In this document: piece by piece, positions 9,213 through 19,071 of the stretch | How the letters are laid out: each line of letters starts with the position of its first letter | How positions within the stretch are numbered: position 1 is the stretch's first letter | NCBI GenBank assembly: GCA_965238075.1 | Contig: OZ250173.1 | Coordinates: 2,688,001-2,752,000 of the forward strand | DNA length: 64,000 nt | Direction: 5' to 3' | Source: Candidatus Entotheonellaceae bacterium | GTDB taxonomy: Bacteria > Tectomicrobia > Entotheonellia > Entotheonellales > Entotheonellaceae | Made by a program: the position numbers and the translations under genes | Notes under the pieces: model-generated | What the model saw: the letters and a program-made list of their open reading frames with translations, nothing else | What the model was told of the DNA's origin: nothing | The model's database searches: none

Positions 9213-9231
9213 GCCGAGCATCGCAGGTGGG

Positions 9232-9708
9232 TTACTGTTTGGCCTCGCTCTCCAGCGCCTGCGTTTTGCTCCGGCGCTGGAGGAAAAAGGCTCCATACCG
9301 GCTCATTGGCAGGGGAAAAGCAGCGTTCTGGCGCAGGGTTCGCATGTCCGGGATGGTGCGGCAGAGACTCACAAATACCCATGCCGTTATGCCGCCGCGC
9401 AGGACCGCCGCAGGCTCGCCGGTGGTTACAAAGAGCGCCGCAAAGTACACGCTGAGGGCGGCAAAGCCGCCGGTGGCGAGGTAGAAGGCTGCGTAGCTGC
9501 CGTAACGTATGCCGTACCCCAGCCCGAGAAATCCGACTGCGATAGCCAAGCCGGGAAGTCCATAGCCGCGTTGGGCCATGGCCGTCAGGCCGCTGAGGGC
9601 CAGCAGGTGGATGAGGGTAAACAAGATGCCGAGGAAAATGGTGACGTTTGCGGCTCTGCCGACGCGCCGCTCCGGGGTGCTGTTTTTCCTCACGAGCGTC
9701 GTCCTCAA
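9232..9708 (-). CDS. Hypothetical integral membrane protein (about 4 TM segments)
   Basis: Hydrophobic segments; same strand as and directly downstream of ppc. Confidence 0.6.
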   Translation of the reverse strand: MRTTLVRKNSTPERRVGRAANVTIFLGILFTLIHLLALSGLTAMAQRGYGLPGLAIAVGFLGLGYGIRYGSYAAFYLATGGFAALSVYFAALFVTTGEPAAVLRGGITAWVFVSLCRTIPDMRTLRQNAAFPLPMSRYGAFFLQRRSKTQALESEAKQ

Positions 9709-9725
9709 GGGGTGAGAGAAGGTTC

Positions 9726-12392
9726 TTAACCGGTATTCCGCATGCCGGCAGCAATGCCGTTAACCGTGACCAGCAAGGCATCGCGCAAGGTGGCGTCCTC
9801 CGGATGGTCACGAAAGCGCCGCAGCAGGGCAGTCTGCACGATGTTGAGGAGGTCGACGTAGGGGTTGCGCACGTCAATGGAACGACGCAGCACCGGGTTG
9901 GTGGCGAGCAGGTCGTCGTGACCGGTCACGGCCAGGACGGCGCGGGTTGCGGCGGCAAAGCCGTGTCGCAGGTCCTCGCCAAGCGGCCGCAGCGGTTCGG
10001 GGACCAGCCACTCGTCGTAGCAGGCGGCAATGCGCATATCGGCTTTGGCCATGACCATGCCGATGAGGTCGAGCGTGGATTGCATGAACGGCCAGTCGTG
10101 ATACATCGTGCGCAGGTCGTCGTGTTGGCCGCGGCGCAAGGCTTCTTCCAGGGCGTCCCCGACGCCGAGCCACGACGGCAGCATCAGGCGGGTCTGTGTC
10201 CAAGCGAATATCCACGGAATAGCCCGCAAGCTGTCCACGCTAACGTCGACGCGCCGCCGTGCCGGACGGCTGCCGATGTTCAGTTCGCCTAGTACTGCTT
10301 CGGGGGTTGCAGCCTGAAAATAGGGCACAAAGCGGGCATCTTCCTGCACCACCTTACGATAAGCATTCATGGCGGTCTGGGATAGTTCCTCCATGCACCG
10401 GCGCCACGCGGGGCTAGGCATGGGCGATGGGTGCAGCGTGGCCTCGGCAACCGCCGTGGTGTACACCTCCAGCGTCCGCAAGGCGATGTCCGGGATACCG
10501 AATTTGCTCTGAATCATTTCGCCCTGTTCCGTCACCCGCAGCCGTCCGTCAATCGACCCCGGCGGCTGGGACTGGATGGCCGCGTAGGTGGGGCCTCCGC
10601 CCCTGCCGATCGAACCGCCCCGACCATGGAACAGGGTCAGGCGGACGCCGTACTCGCGGCACACCTGTACCAACTCTTCTTGCGCTTTGTACAGTTCCCA
10701 CCCTGCCGTGAGGATGCCGGCGTCTTTGGCCGAGTCCGAATACCCCACCATCACCTGCAAGGTGCCGCCGAGTTGTTGGCGGTACCAGGGAATCGCCAGG
10801 AGTTGGCGGATAGTTACGCCGGCCTGTCGCAAAGCGTCCACGGTCTCGAACAACGGCACCACCGGCAGCCGCTGGCGGCAGTCGGCCTGATGTTGCAAAA
10901 ACGCGACGGCCAGGATGTCGGAGGGTGTTTTCGCCATGGAAATGACGTAGGCGCCCAAGGCATCGGGACCAAGTTCGGCGATGGCCCTGAAGGTCTCGAG
11001 AACCTCGCGGTGAGACGGATCATCTAACAGTTGCGGGGGAATAGGGGCCGGGTCGGCTTGCAGAGCGCGCCCGAGAAAGCTTTGCCGCTGCGCCTCGTCC
11101 CACTCGCCGTAGGCGCCGTAACCCCGAGCACGGGTGAAGGCATCGAGCACGTCGGTATGGCGCGCGGCCTCCTGCCGGATGTCCAGGCGCGCCAAGGTCA
11201 GCCCGAAACAGGTGACGCGGCGCAGCGTATCCAGCAGCGGCCCGTCGGCAATCGTTCCGGCACCAACGTCGTGCAGCGATTGGTAACAGAGCTGTAAAGC
11301 GTCAGCGAATTCGTCCGCGTTCGCATAGGTATTGGCGTGTGTTGGCGGCAAGCCGGCCAGTTGTGCGTCGACGTCCTGGAGGGTGGCATCGAGGCGTTCT
11401 TGCACGCTGTCCAGAAAGGCGCGATACGGCTCGTGGGCATCGCCTACCTGCGCCCGCAAGGCGTCACTACAAGCCGTCATTGACAACTCGCTCGCCAGTG
11501 CCGTTAGGTCACGCGCATATAACGAGACGGCCTGCCGACGCGCCAACAGACAGACCTCGCGGGTGACGCTCGCCGTGACGTACGGATTGCCATCGCGGTC
11601 GCCGCCCATCCAGGAGCCAAAGCGTACGGGCGCGGCCGCCAAGGGGAGCGGCTTGCCGGTGAACCGTTGCAAGGCGTCATCCAGGAGGCGCAGAAAGCGC
11701 GGCACGGCGTCCCACAGCGTCTCTTCAAGGCAGGCCAGGCCGCTGCGCGCCTCGTCCACGGGGGTTGGTCTGGCGCGGCGAATTTCATCCGTCAACCAGC
11801 AGGAGGTGATGTCGCGGCGCAGCGCCTGCTCGGTCTCGCGGCGTTCAAATGGCGTCAGGTCGCGGGCGTCGCGTTGCGCCAACAGGGCGGCAATGCGATT
11901 GTGCTTCCGCAACAAGGTGCGGCGGATCACTTCCGTGGGGTGGGCCGTAAGCACACATTCGATCTGTTGGCGGCAGATCGTCTCATGCAAGGTTTCGGGC
12001 GTGACGCCCGCTGCCAGTAGCCGGTCGAAGGTTTCGTCGAACGATCCCCGCTGCGGCTCGGCTTTCGGGTTTTGCTGATACACCCGCCGTCGCCGCACAC
12101 GGTGGTGTTGCTCGGCCACGTTAGCCAATGTCAAAAAATGGGCGAAGGCGCGGCTGATGTTAAGGGTTTGGTCAACCGGGAGTTGCGCCAGCAGGTGCTC
12201 CAGTTCACGGAAGTCGTGGTCACTGCCGGCACGCGCATTCTTCGCCAGAGCCCGCACGCGCTCGACGGTCTGAAACAGCTCCTCGCCAACCTGCTCACGC
12301 AGAGTGCCGCCCAGCACGGCGCCGAGGTCGTAAACGTCATGCCGCAACGGCGCATGCGGGTCGGCGTGAGCCGGGGTCGCTTCTCTACTCAA
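9726..12392 (-). CDS. ppc: Phosphoenolpyruvate carboxylase
   Basis: VLTAHPTE, WMGGDRDGNP, VMVGYSDSAKDAG, FHGRGGSIGRGG, LRAIPWIFAW, C-terminal GMRNTG. Confidence 0.98.
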   Translation of the reverse strand: MSREATPAHADPHAPLRHDVYDLGAVLGGTLREQVGEELFQTVERVRALAKNARAGSDHDFRELEHLLAQLPVDQTLNISRAFAHFLTLANVAEQHHRVRRRRVYQQNPKAEPQRGSFDETFDRLLAAGVTPETLHETICRQQIECVLTAHPTEVIRRTLLRKHNRIAALLAQRDARDLTPFERRETEQALRRDITSCWLTDEIRRARPTPVDEARSGLACLEETLWDAVPRFLRLLDDALQRFTGKPLPLAAAPVRFGSWMGGDRDGNPYVTASVTREVCLLARRQAVSLYARDLTALASELSMTACSDALRAQVGDAHEPYRAFLDSVQERLDATLQDVDAQLAGLPPTHANTYANADEFADALQLCYQSLHDVGAGTIADGPLLDTLRRVTCFGLTLARLDIRQEAARHTDVLDAFTRARGYGAYGEWDEAQRQSFLGRALQADPAPIPPQLLDDPSHREVLETFRAIAELGPDALGAYVISMAKTPSDILAVAFLQHQADCRQRLPVVPLFETVDALRQAGVTIRQLLAIPWYRQQLGGTLQVMVGYSDSAKDAGILTAGWELYKAQEELVQVCREYGVRLTLFHGRGGSIGRGGGPTYAAIQSQPPGSIDGRLRVTEQGEMIQSKFGIPDIALRTLEVYTTAVAEATLHPSPMPSPAWRRCMEELSQTAMNAYRKVVQEDARFVPYFQAATPEAVLGELNIGSRPARRRVDVSVDSLRAIPWIFAWTQTRLMLPSWLGVGDALEEALRRGQHDDLRTMYHDWPFMQSTLDLIGMVMAKADMRIAACYDEWLVPEPLRPLGEDLRHGFAAATRAVLAVTGHDDLLATNPVLRRSIDVRNPYVDLLNIVQTALLRRFRDHPEDATLRDALLVTVNGIAAGMRNTG

Positions 12393-12431
12393 CAGACCCT
12401 CCGTGTTCGGGTGGGCTGCCTTCCGCAGCGC

Positions 12432-12969
12432 TCACGAGCCGAATTCTTCCAACAGGTTCACCAGATCGTCCGCGTGTTCTTCTTCCATAGCCAGGATGGT
12501 TTCCATCAGCCGCCGTGTCGTCGGGTCATCATTGCCGAAGTACGTAATCATCTCGCGGTAGCTGTCGATGGCAATGCGCTCGGCGACCAAGTCTTCCTTA
12601 ATCACTTCAATAAGCGAGTTGCCTTCGACATATTCGGAGTGGCTGCGGGTGCTGAGACCTTCAGGCGCGAAATTGGGCTCGCCGCCCAATTGCACGATGC
12701 GCTGCGCCAGCTGATCGGCGCGCAACTGCTCCTCGTTGGCATGCTGCAAAAACTCCTGCGCCACGCTCTGGACGTTGATCCCCGAAGCCATGAAGTAATG
12801 ACGCCTATAACGCAGAACGCACACAATCTCAGTGGCGAGCGCCTCATTCAGCAATTTAATGACCGTTTCGCGGTGCGCCCGGTACCCTGGTGTCACCCCC
12901 CTGTTCAAGATGCTGGCGCACCCGTGTCCGCAGGGTCTGAATATCGCTGAGAAAGGGCTGGTCAGCCAT
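12432..12969 (-). pseudogene. Bacterioferritin/ferritin-like di-iron protein, frameshifted in a G6 run
   Basis: MADQPFLSDIQTLRTRVRQHLEQG (ATG 12969) continues in another frame as VTPGY...LNEALATEIVCVLRYRRHY...ERIAIDSY...EEEHADDL; shift lies at the C6 run 12896-12901 on +. Confidence 0.75.
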
Positions 12970-13043
12970 TCTGTCGTCCTCTGTGTGTGAGTGCCTTGGA
13001 CGCCTTACCGCTTTGGAGGCCAGTTGCTTCTGTCGAGCCATAC

Positions 13044-13685
13044 TCATCTTGAGGCGAGGTTGTAAACGAACTCACGGAGGTTGGCAAACGCTGGGGACTG
13101 GAAATTCCATACGCCCTGCAGAGCGCCTTCGCCGATTCTGGCTACGGGGTCATTCGTTGCGGCGAGGTAGGCGTGGGCGAAAGTCTTGTCTGGAATAGTT
13201 GAATTCAGGGCGTTGTGGGTTGCCAGACATTCTATGTATGCGTCAACGCACCTTGAGGTCTCCTCATCCTGCACAGAACGCCGGCAGATGGTCTCAATGG
13301 CGCCGGGTTCGTTGCCGTCAGGTACGATGAATATGCCAATGGAAGGGCTGGCATCCGAAAACTCGGCGTGAGCCGGTGGCGCTGCGTACCCGGCCTGCTC
13401 AACACTGTCACGGACGCTCTGAAAGCTAGCCGTGGCGCTTGTGTCCGCATCCCGAACAATGCCAATTGACCGAAGGGAAGGCCGGGAAAGAGCGTCCGCG
13501 TGCATTGCCTTCAAACGCGTTCCAAGGGTGGTCTTACCGGCGATATCCATTACCTGTATCCGAGGCTCGTTATCGCTGAAGCAAGTTTCGATCAATTTCC
13601 CAAGCAGGTGGAATTCATCCCGTCCTTCGACCAGTAGCAGCCGGTCCTCCAGAATTTCTATTCTCGGGTCCCTTGCGGGCATCAT
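13044..13685 (-). CDS. DUF3226-like TOPRIM-fold protein
   Basis: LLLVEGRDE and IGIVRDAD TOPRIM-like acidic motifs, GAIETIC, DKTFAHAYLA; ATGA overlap with the upstream ATPase. Confidence 0.72.
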   Translation of the reverse strand: MMPARDPRIEILEDRLLLVEGRDEFHLLGKLIETCFSDNEPRIQVMDIAGKTTLGTRLKAMHADALSRPSLRSIGIVRDADTSATASFQSVRDSVEQAGYAAPPAHAEFSDASPSIGIFIVPDGNEPGAIETICRRSVQDEETSRCVDAYIECLATHNALNSTIPDKTFAHAYLAATNDPVARIGEGALQGVWNFQSPAFANLREFVYNLASR

Positions 13686-14734
13686 CGGACCTCTAAGTGA
13701 AGGTCGCGGGCGCCCTCGAGCGTTTCGCCGGTGAATGTAGTTGCCTTGACGCTTCCCGATTCGTCCGAATAGAGCTTGTGTATGGACAGATCGCCCGGTT
13801 CGCCCTCAAAAGCCGCCATTGCGGCCTCAATACACTCGCTACTGTGCGTTGTCGCTATGAACTGCACATCCCAGTCGCGACTCCCTCTACACACGAGATC
13901 CCACAGGTCACGAAGCGCCGAATAGTGCATGCCACTCTCTATCTCATCGATGACCACTATGCCATCACGGGCGGTGAAAAGGCTCAGATATAGTCTGAAC
14001 AATCGAACCACCCCGCCTCCCAGGGAAAGAAGTGGCAGCTGTGTGTTCTTGGATGAATTTGAAATATTTGCGGATAAGTGGACTATCCCCGTCTTGTCAG
14101 TGAGGAGTTCGAGGTCTTTGATTTTGGGGAGAATCAAATTGACCGCTTCTATTAACGCTTTCTTGAACCCTGATCGAACAATATCGGAGTAGCGCTGCAA
14201 GTACTCATCCGGAGTTGCGAGTTGCCAATTTGTGCCTTCGATGATGCAAGGTCTCTTTTCTGGTGGGCGTGGGAGGGACCGGTACAGAACCGCTCCCAGT
14301 TTTGTCTGATGTATTGCCCCTCGGTCCTTACTATTTATCTTCTTGCCGTCGATCCATGTGTGTAGCTCGCCAACAACCGGGATTTGTATTGTCTCTTGAG
14401 TATCACCCGCGTTAACTAACACCTCGCCGACTGATCCAATGGCTTCAAATTCAACTTTCCATTTGTGCTCCTCCTGATTTTCTATTCCTCGGATTTCTAT
14501 GAAGCCATCCGACAATTCGGCGACAGGATCAACCACTGGGTTGAAGGATCGTTGGACATTGGCGTTCCACAACAACGGTGTGTTATGTCTTCCTGTGAAG
14601 AGCCAGATTGCTTCGATAAGCGCTGTCTTCCCAATACCGTTTACACCCGTAATCAGGTTTGCCCGGCTTAAACTGTTCAATGACAGGCCGTTAATACCAC
14701 GGTAGCGGATAGCTTCGAAGCTGCGGATATTCAT
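13682..14734 (-). CDS. ABC-type ATPase (AAA_15/AAA_21-like), non-transporter
   Basis: Walker A GVNGIGKT, signature LSLGGG, Walker B VVIDEIESGMH, H-loop ATTHS; visibly AT-richer than flanks. Confidence 0.88.
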   Translation of the reverse strand: MNIRSFEAIRYRGINGLSLNSLSRANLITGVNGIGKTALIEAIWLFTGRHNTPLLWNANVQRSFNPVVDPVAELSDGFIEIRGIENQEEHKWKVEFEAIGSVGEVLVNAGDTQETIQIPVVGELHTWIDGKKINSKDRGAIHQTKLGAVLYRSLPRPPEKRPCIIEGTNWQLATPDEYLQRYSDIVRSGFKKALIEAVNLILPKIKDLELLTDKTGIVHLSANISNSSKNTQLPLLSLGGGVVRLFRLYLSLFTARDGIVVIDEIESGMHYSALRDLWDLVCRGSRDWDVQFIATTHSSECIEAAMAAFEGEPGDLSIHKLYSDESGSVKATTFTGETLEGARDLHLEVR

Positions 14735-14798
14735 CGGATCCCTCCGTTAGGAAAAATCATAATCTGTGTCGCTACAAAGACGATGAGCGTGCATGTCT

Positions 14799-16010
14799 CT
14801 AAATTCTCATCACGGATACCGCATCGCCGGGGGAGAGCCGTTCGACGGCTTCGGGGATGTCGATCAGGCAATTGGCGAGGCTCATCGAGCGCAGAATACC
14901 GGAACCTTGCGGCCCGGTTGTGGTGACGGTCGGGCGCGCGCCTTTCTGGCACAAGACGCCGCGCAGAAAGGTGCGGACGCCGCTGCGCTTCTCAAAGCCG
15001 TCCTGCAGCGCGGCTTCGATGCACGGCCGGAACAGATCGCGGTGCCCGGTCATTTTCAACAGCGCCGGGCGTACGAAGAGCTCGAAGGTGACCATCGAGG
15101 CAACGGGATTTCCGGGCAGCGAAAACACCGGCACCTGCCGCGCCAGGCCGAACGTCGCCGGGCTGCCCGGCCGCATTGCCACGGTGTGGAAGCGGACCTC
15201 GAAACCCAGCCCGTCCAGACATTCCCGCACGTAATCGAACTGTCCCACCGACACCCCGCCGGAGGTGACCAGCACGTCCGCCCGCAGGCCGCTGGCGAGC
15301 CGTTCGCGGATCACGTCGCGCCGGTCCGGGGCCACGCCCAACAGAACCGGCACACCGCCGGCCTCCGCCACCTGTCCCGCCAGGGTGTAGGAATTGCTGT
15401 TGAGGATCTTGTCGCTGTTGTTGGGGTCACCGGGGTCGGCAATTTCGTCGCCGGTGGCGAGGATGGCGACGCGCGGGCGCTGATACACCCACACTTGCGC
15501 CTGTCCCACCGACGCCAGAACGCCCAGTTCCGCCGGGCGCAGCGGGGTGTGCTGGGGTAGCACGCACTCGCCCGCGTGGATGTCCTCGCCCTGCCGCCGC
15601 AAGTTGCTGGTCATGGGCGGTGCTTCGTAGACGGCAACCCTTGCGTCGTCCGCGTTGGTGTGCTCGATCTGCACCACGGTGTCGGCACCAACCGGAAGCG
15701 GGGCGCCGGTCATGATCTTGACCGCGGTGCCCGGCGTTATCGGGTGCTGGGGCGCCTTGCCGGCCGGCAGGATTTCGAGGACGTCAAGGATGGCTGGCTT
15801 CTGGCTGGAGGAACCGGCCACGTCGGCGTGCCGCACGGCATAGCCGTCCATGGCGGAATTGTCACCGAGGGGGATGTCGCGCGAGGCGTTGACGTGCCGG
15901 GCGCTGACGCGATGCAGGGCGTCGAGGAGGGAAATCTTTTCCGCTCCCAAGGGGGCCACCGCGTTCAGAACGATGTCTTGTGCCTCGGCGACCTGTACGG
16001 CCTGTTTCAT
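14799..16010 (-). CDS. moeA: Molybdopterin molybdenumtransferase MoeA
   Basis: NSAMDGYAV, KIMTGAP, ATGDE, TSGGVSVG, LPGNPVAS, QGSGIL motifs. Confidence 0.95.
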   Translation of the reverse strand: MKQAVQVAEAQDIVLNAVAPLGAEKISLLDALHRVSARHVNASRDIPLGDNSAMDGYAVRHADVAGSSSQKPAILDVLEILPAGKAPQHPITPGTAVKIMTGAPLPVGADTVVQIEHTNADDARVAVYEAPPMTSNLRRQGEDIHAGECVLPQHTPLRPAELGVLASVGQAQVWVYQRPRVAILATGDEIADPGDPNNSDKILNSNSYTLAGQVAEAGGVPVLLGVAPDRRDVIRERLASGLRADVLVTSGGVSVGQFDYVRECLDGLGFEVRFHTVAMRPGSPATFGLARQVPVFSLPGNPVASMVTFELFVRPALLKMTGHRDLFRPCIEAALQDGFEKRSGVRTFLRGVLCQKGARPTVTTTGPQGSGILRSMSLANCLIDIPEAVERLSPGDAVSVMRI

Positions 16011-16019
16011 GCCGCTTCC

Positions 16020-17033
16020 CTATCGCGCCGCCAACAGATCGGCGAACTGTCCAATCGTGGTTGCAAAGTAGTGCGACCGGTTCCATTTCAGCAGCACCCG
16101 GTAGTTGGGATAAGTCAGAAAGGCGGGTCCACCGGGGCCGCCGGGCAGGATGAGGGAGGCTGTCAACTGCCGAGTGGGCAGATCGTCCCCGTTGCTGCGG
16201 CGTACGCCCAGGGCCTGCCACTCGGGGAGCGATTTAGTCACCTCGAGGCCTTTCAAATCGAGATCGAAACCCTCCGGCAGTCGGACCCGCCGCCCCCAGG
16301 TTTGATCATGCTTCCAGCCAGCCTTGGCGAGGTAGTTGGCGGCGGAGGCGAATACGTCGGGCAGCGTGCCCCAGATGTCGCGGCGTCCGTCGCCGTCATG
16401 ATCGACCGCGAATTGCTGGAAGCTCGACGGCATGAACTGGCTTTGTCCCATGGCCCCGGCCCACGAGCCCAGCATTTTGTCGGGCTGAATGTGGCCGTCA
16501 TCGACGATGCGCAGCGCCTCGAGCAACTGCGTGCGAAAGAACTTGCTCCGGCGACCGTCGAACGCCAGCGTCGCCAGAGAGTCGAGGACCGCGAAGCCAC
16601 CCGTCACGCGCCCGAAATCGCTCTCAATGCCCCACAGCGCGACGATAAAGCGTGGCTGAACCCCGTACGCGTCGCCGATTTCGGTCAGCAAGGCCCGATG
16701 CTTCCGCAGCAATCGCTTGCCGCGGTTCACGCGTGCTGGCGGCAGCACCCGCGACAGGTACTCGGCGTATGTCAGGGTCCCCTCGGGCTGTCTGCGATCG
16801 AGCTCGACGACACGGGCCCGAAATGTCAGGCCGGGCAGGACGGCGTCCAGGGTCTCAGAGCTGATCCCCTCGCTCAGGGCCGCTTGGCGGAAATCCGTGA
16901 GCCATGCCGCAAAATCTTCCTCTTGGGCATCGGCGGCGATGGCGTAACCCGTTGCCAGGAATAGCAAAGGCAGCACAATCGCCGTCAGCCGGCGACCGTT
17001 TTGGATTGCGTCCTGAAACAACGTGTTGCGCAT
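16020..17033 (-). CDS. Lytic murein transglycosylase (MltB/SLT_2 family)
   Basis: ALWGIESDFG, GSWAGAMGQSQFMPSS, DHDGDGRRDIW, WNRSHYFA; signal peptide; AGGAG RBS before ATG 17033. Confidence 0.93.
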   Translation of the reverse strand: MRNTLFQDAIQNGRRLTAIVLPLLFLATGYAIAADAQEEDFAAWLTDFRQAALSEGISSETLDAVLPGLTFRARVVELDRRQPEGTLTYAEYLSRVLPPARVNRGKRLLRKHRALLTEIGDAYGVQPRFIVALWGIESDFGRVTGGFAVLDSLATLAFDGRRSKFFRTQLLEALRIVDDGHIQPDKMLGSWAGAMGQSQFMPSSFQQFAVDHDGDGRRDIWGTLPDVFASAANYLAKAGWKHDQTWGRRVRLPEGFDLDLKGLEVTKSLPEWQALGVRRSNGDDLPTRQLTASLILPGGPGGPAFLTYPNYRVLLKWNRSHYFATTIGQFADLLAAR

Positions 17034-17146
17034 GGATGACTCCTGAATCGGCCCCATGAAGGGCATGTTTTATATGGTGTCAACAGCGACGCAAGGCTAC
17101 TGACAGCACCTGGGTTTGTCAATCGGCGCCGCACCCGTCGGGCGCA

Positions 17147-17176
17147 TTGACTTCCAGGTATAGGTGGAAATAATAT
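17147..17176 (+). promoter_or_regulatory. Candidate sigma70 promoter of the AOR operon
   Basis: TTGACT-N18-TAATAT, followed by the AAGGAG RBS of the Fe-S gene. Confidence 0.5.
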
Positions 17177-17222
17177 CGCGCGTAGCCACACGTTATCCAT
17201 CACAACAGCTTAAGGAGCGTGC

Positions 17223-17693
17223 ATGAAGGTCCTGCGTATTACTCCGCAGCGTTGCACCGGCTGCATGCGGTGCGAAATTGCCTGTTCGTACGAGCAGAGC
17301 GGCGTGTTTCAGCCCGCCAAGTCGGTGATCCGCATTTCCCCGTTCGAGGCGCATACGAGTTATGCCCCCTACACCTGCACCCAGTGCGATGAAGCCTGGT
17401 GCATGGTGGCCTGCCCGGTGAACGCGATTACCATCTCTCCCGTCGGCGCCAAAGTCATCCTGAACGACCTGTGCGTGGGCTGTAAGTTGTGCACCATTGC
17501 CTGCCCGTACGGCACGATGTTTTACGATCCCGACACTGCCAAGGCGACCAAGTGCAATCTCTGCGGCGGTGCGCCGGCGTGTGCCTCGGCCTGCCCGACG
17601 CAAGCTATCGAATACGTTGATGCGGAGAGCGCGGACTGGCTGGGAAGCTTCGCGGCGGAACGCGCTGAAACGCAGTTGGCGCAGCAGGCATAG
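17223..17693 (+). CDS. 4x[4Fe-4S] electron-transfer subunit (AorA-like)
   Basis: Four Cys clusters: CTGCMRCEIAC, CTQCDEAWCMVACP, CVGCKLCTIACP, CNLCGGAPACASACP. Confidence 0.92.
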   Translation: MKVLRITPQRCTGCMRCEIACSYEQSGVFQPAKSVIRISPFEAHTSYAPYTCTQCDEAWCMVACPVNAITISPVGAKVILNDLCVGCKLCTIACPYGTMFYDPDTAKATKCNLCGGAPACASACPTQAIEYVDAESADWLGSFAAERAETQLAQQA

Positions 17694-17702
17694 GGGGGAG
17701 CC

Positions 17703-19028
17703 ATGGCACGCACGCGGCACGTCATCGTCGGCGGCGGCACCGCCGGCATGAACGCCATTACCACGATTCGCCAGTACGACCGCGGCGCTTCCGAAATTAT
17801 TCTGGTGGCCGATGAGCGCCCCTACTCGCGTATGGTGCTGCCGTACTACCTGAAAGGCAGTATCAGCGAGTCGCACGTCTTCACGGCCCCGCCGACGCGC
17901 CTGCGTACCCTGGGCGTGGAGCCGTTCATCGGCAGACGCGCTGTTGGGGTCGATACGCAAACCAGCACCCTGACGCTGGACGACGGCACCGAGCTCCCAT
18001 ACGACAATCTGCTCATCGCCACCGGCTCGTCGGCCGTGCGGGCGCCCGTTGCCGGCGCCGACGGCTCGTGCGTCCACAGCTTTTGGACCCTGGAGCAGGC
18101 GCAGGGCGTTATCCGGGGCATCACGCCGGGTTGCTCGGTGGTGTTGGTCGGGGCCGGTTTCATCGCCTTCACCATCCTGAATTCCATCCTTGCATTGGAG
18201 GCCCAGCTTACGGTCGTGGAGATCGCGCCGCAGATTCTGCCGCGCATGATCGATGCGACGGGCGCCGACGTGGTGACGCGGTGGCTGCAGGACCGCGGTG
18301 TTACGGTTCGCACCGGAGCGCAACTCAACGCCATCGAAGACGCCGACGGTCGCAAGCGGCTGCGTTTTCAGCAGGGCGAGGACGTGATGGCGGACCAGGT
18401 GATCATGGCGACGGGTATCCGCACCAATCTCGACTGGCTGCAAGACGCGGGCCTTACCATCAACCGGGGCATCGTGGTCGATGCGCGCATGCGCTCCAAT
18501 GTGCCCAACGTGTATGCCGCCGGCGACATTGCCGAGGGCCGCGACGCCGTCACCGGGGAACCGGCGCTGCACGCCATCGAGCCGACCGCGATGGAACACG
18601 GACGCATCGCCGGGGCCAATATGGCGGGGCAGTCGCAGACGTATCGCGGCAGCCTGCTGATGAACATCGTGGAGGTGCTCGGGCTCGAAATCGCCAGCTT
18701 CGGAGCCTGGGACGACCCCGACGCTGAGGTCATGAACGCCCTGAGGCCGGAACGCCCGGCGTACCGCAAGCTGCTGTGGCACGACGACCGTATCACCGGG
18801 GCGATGATTCTCGGACCGGCGCGGGACATTTGGGCGACGAACGACGTGGGCATTCTGAAGGGACTGGTGCAGTCCGGGGTTTCGCTGCGCGACTGGAAGT
18901 CGTACCTGCGGGGCAATCTGTTCGACGTCAAGCGGGCTTTCATTGCCGCCGGCACGACCGGCCGGCTGCTGCCGCAAACGGTTCTGGGCCGTCCGTCGGT
19001 GTCGGCGGACTCGATAGCGATACAGTAG
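17703..19028 (+). CDS. FAD-dependent NAD(P)H oxidoreductase (AorC-like)
   Basis: GGGTAG, PYSRMVLPY, LLIATGS, VGAGFIA, YAAGDIAE motifs. Confidence 0.9.
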   Translation: MARTRHVIVGGGTAGMNAITTIRQYDRGASEIILVADERPYSRMVLPYYLKGSISESHVFTAPPTRLRTLGVEPFIGRRAVGVDTQTSTLTLDDGTELPYDNLLIATGSSAVRAPVAGADGSCVHSFWTLEQAQGVIRGITPGCSVVLVGAGFIAFTILNSILALEAQLTVVEIAPQILPRMIDATGADVVTRWLQDRGVTVRTGAQLNAIEDADGRKRLRFQQGEDVMADQVIMATGIRTNLDWLQDAGLTINRGIVVDARMRSNVPNVYAAGDIAEGRDAVTGEPALHAIEPTAMEHGRIAGANMAGQSQTYRGSLLMNIVEVLGLEIASFGAWDDPDAEVMNALRPERPAYRKLLWHDDRITGAMILGPARDIWATNDVGILKGLVQSGVSLRDWKSYLRGNLFDVKRAFIAAGTTGRLLPQTVLGRPSVSADSIAIQ

Positions 19029-19071
19029 CAGGATTCGGACTGCAAACACTGTGCATTGAAGGACAAACGAT

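Noticed and set aside
12970-14798. Mobile-element boundaries around the ATPase-TOPRIM pair
   Set aside because: No integrase, transposase, terminal inverted repeats or target-site duplication could be seen
17193-19049. 618-aa minus-strand ORF and similar long antisense ORFs (15576-16964, 20008-21318, 36812-38131)
   Set aside because: Shadow frames of well-supported genes, expected with high-GC codon bias
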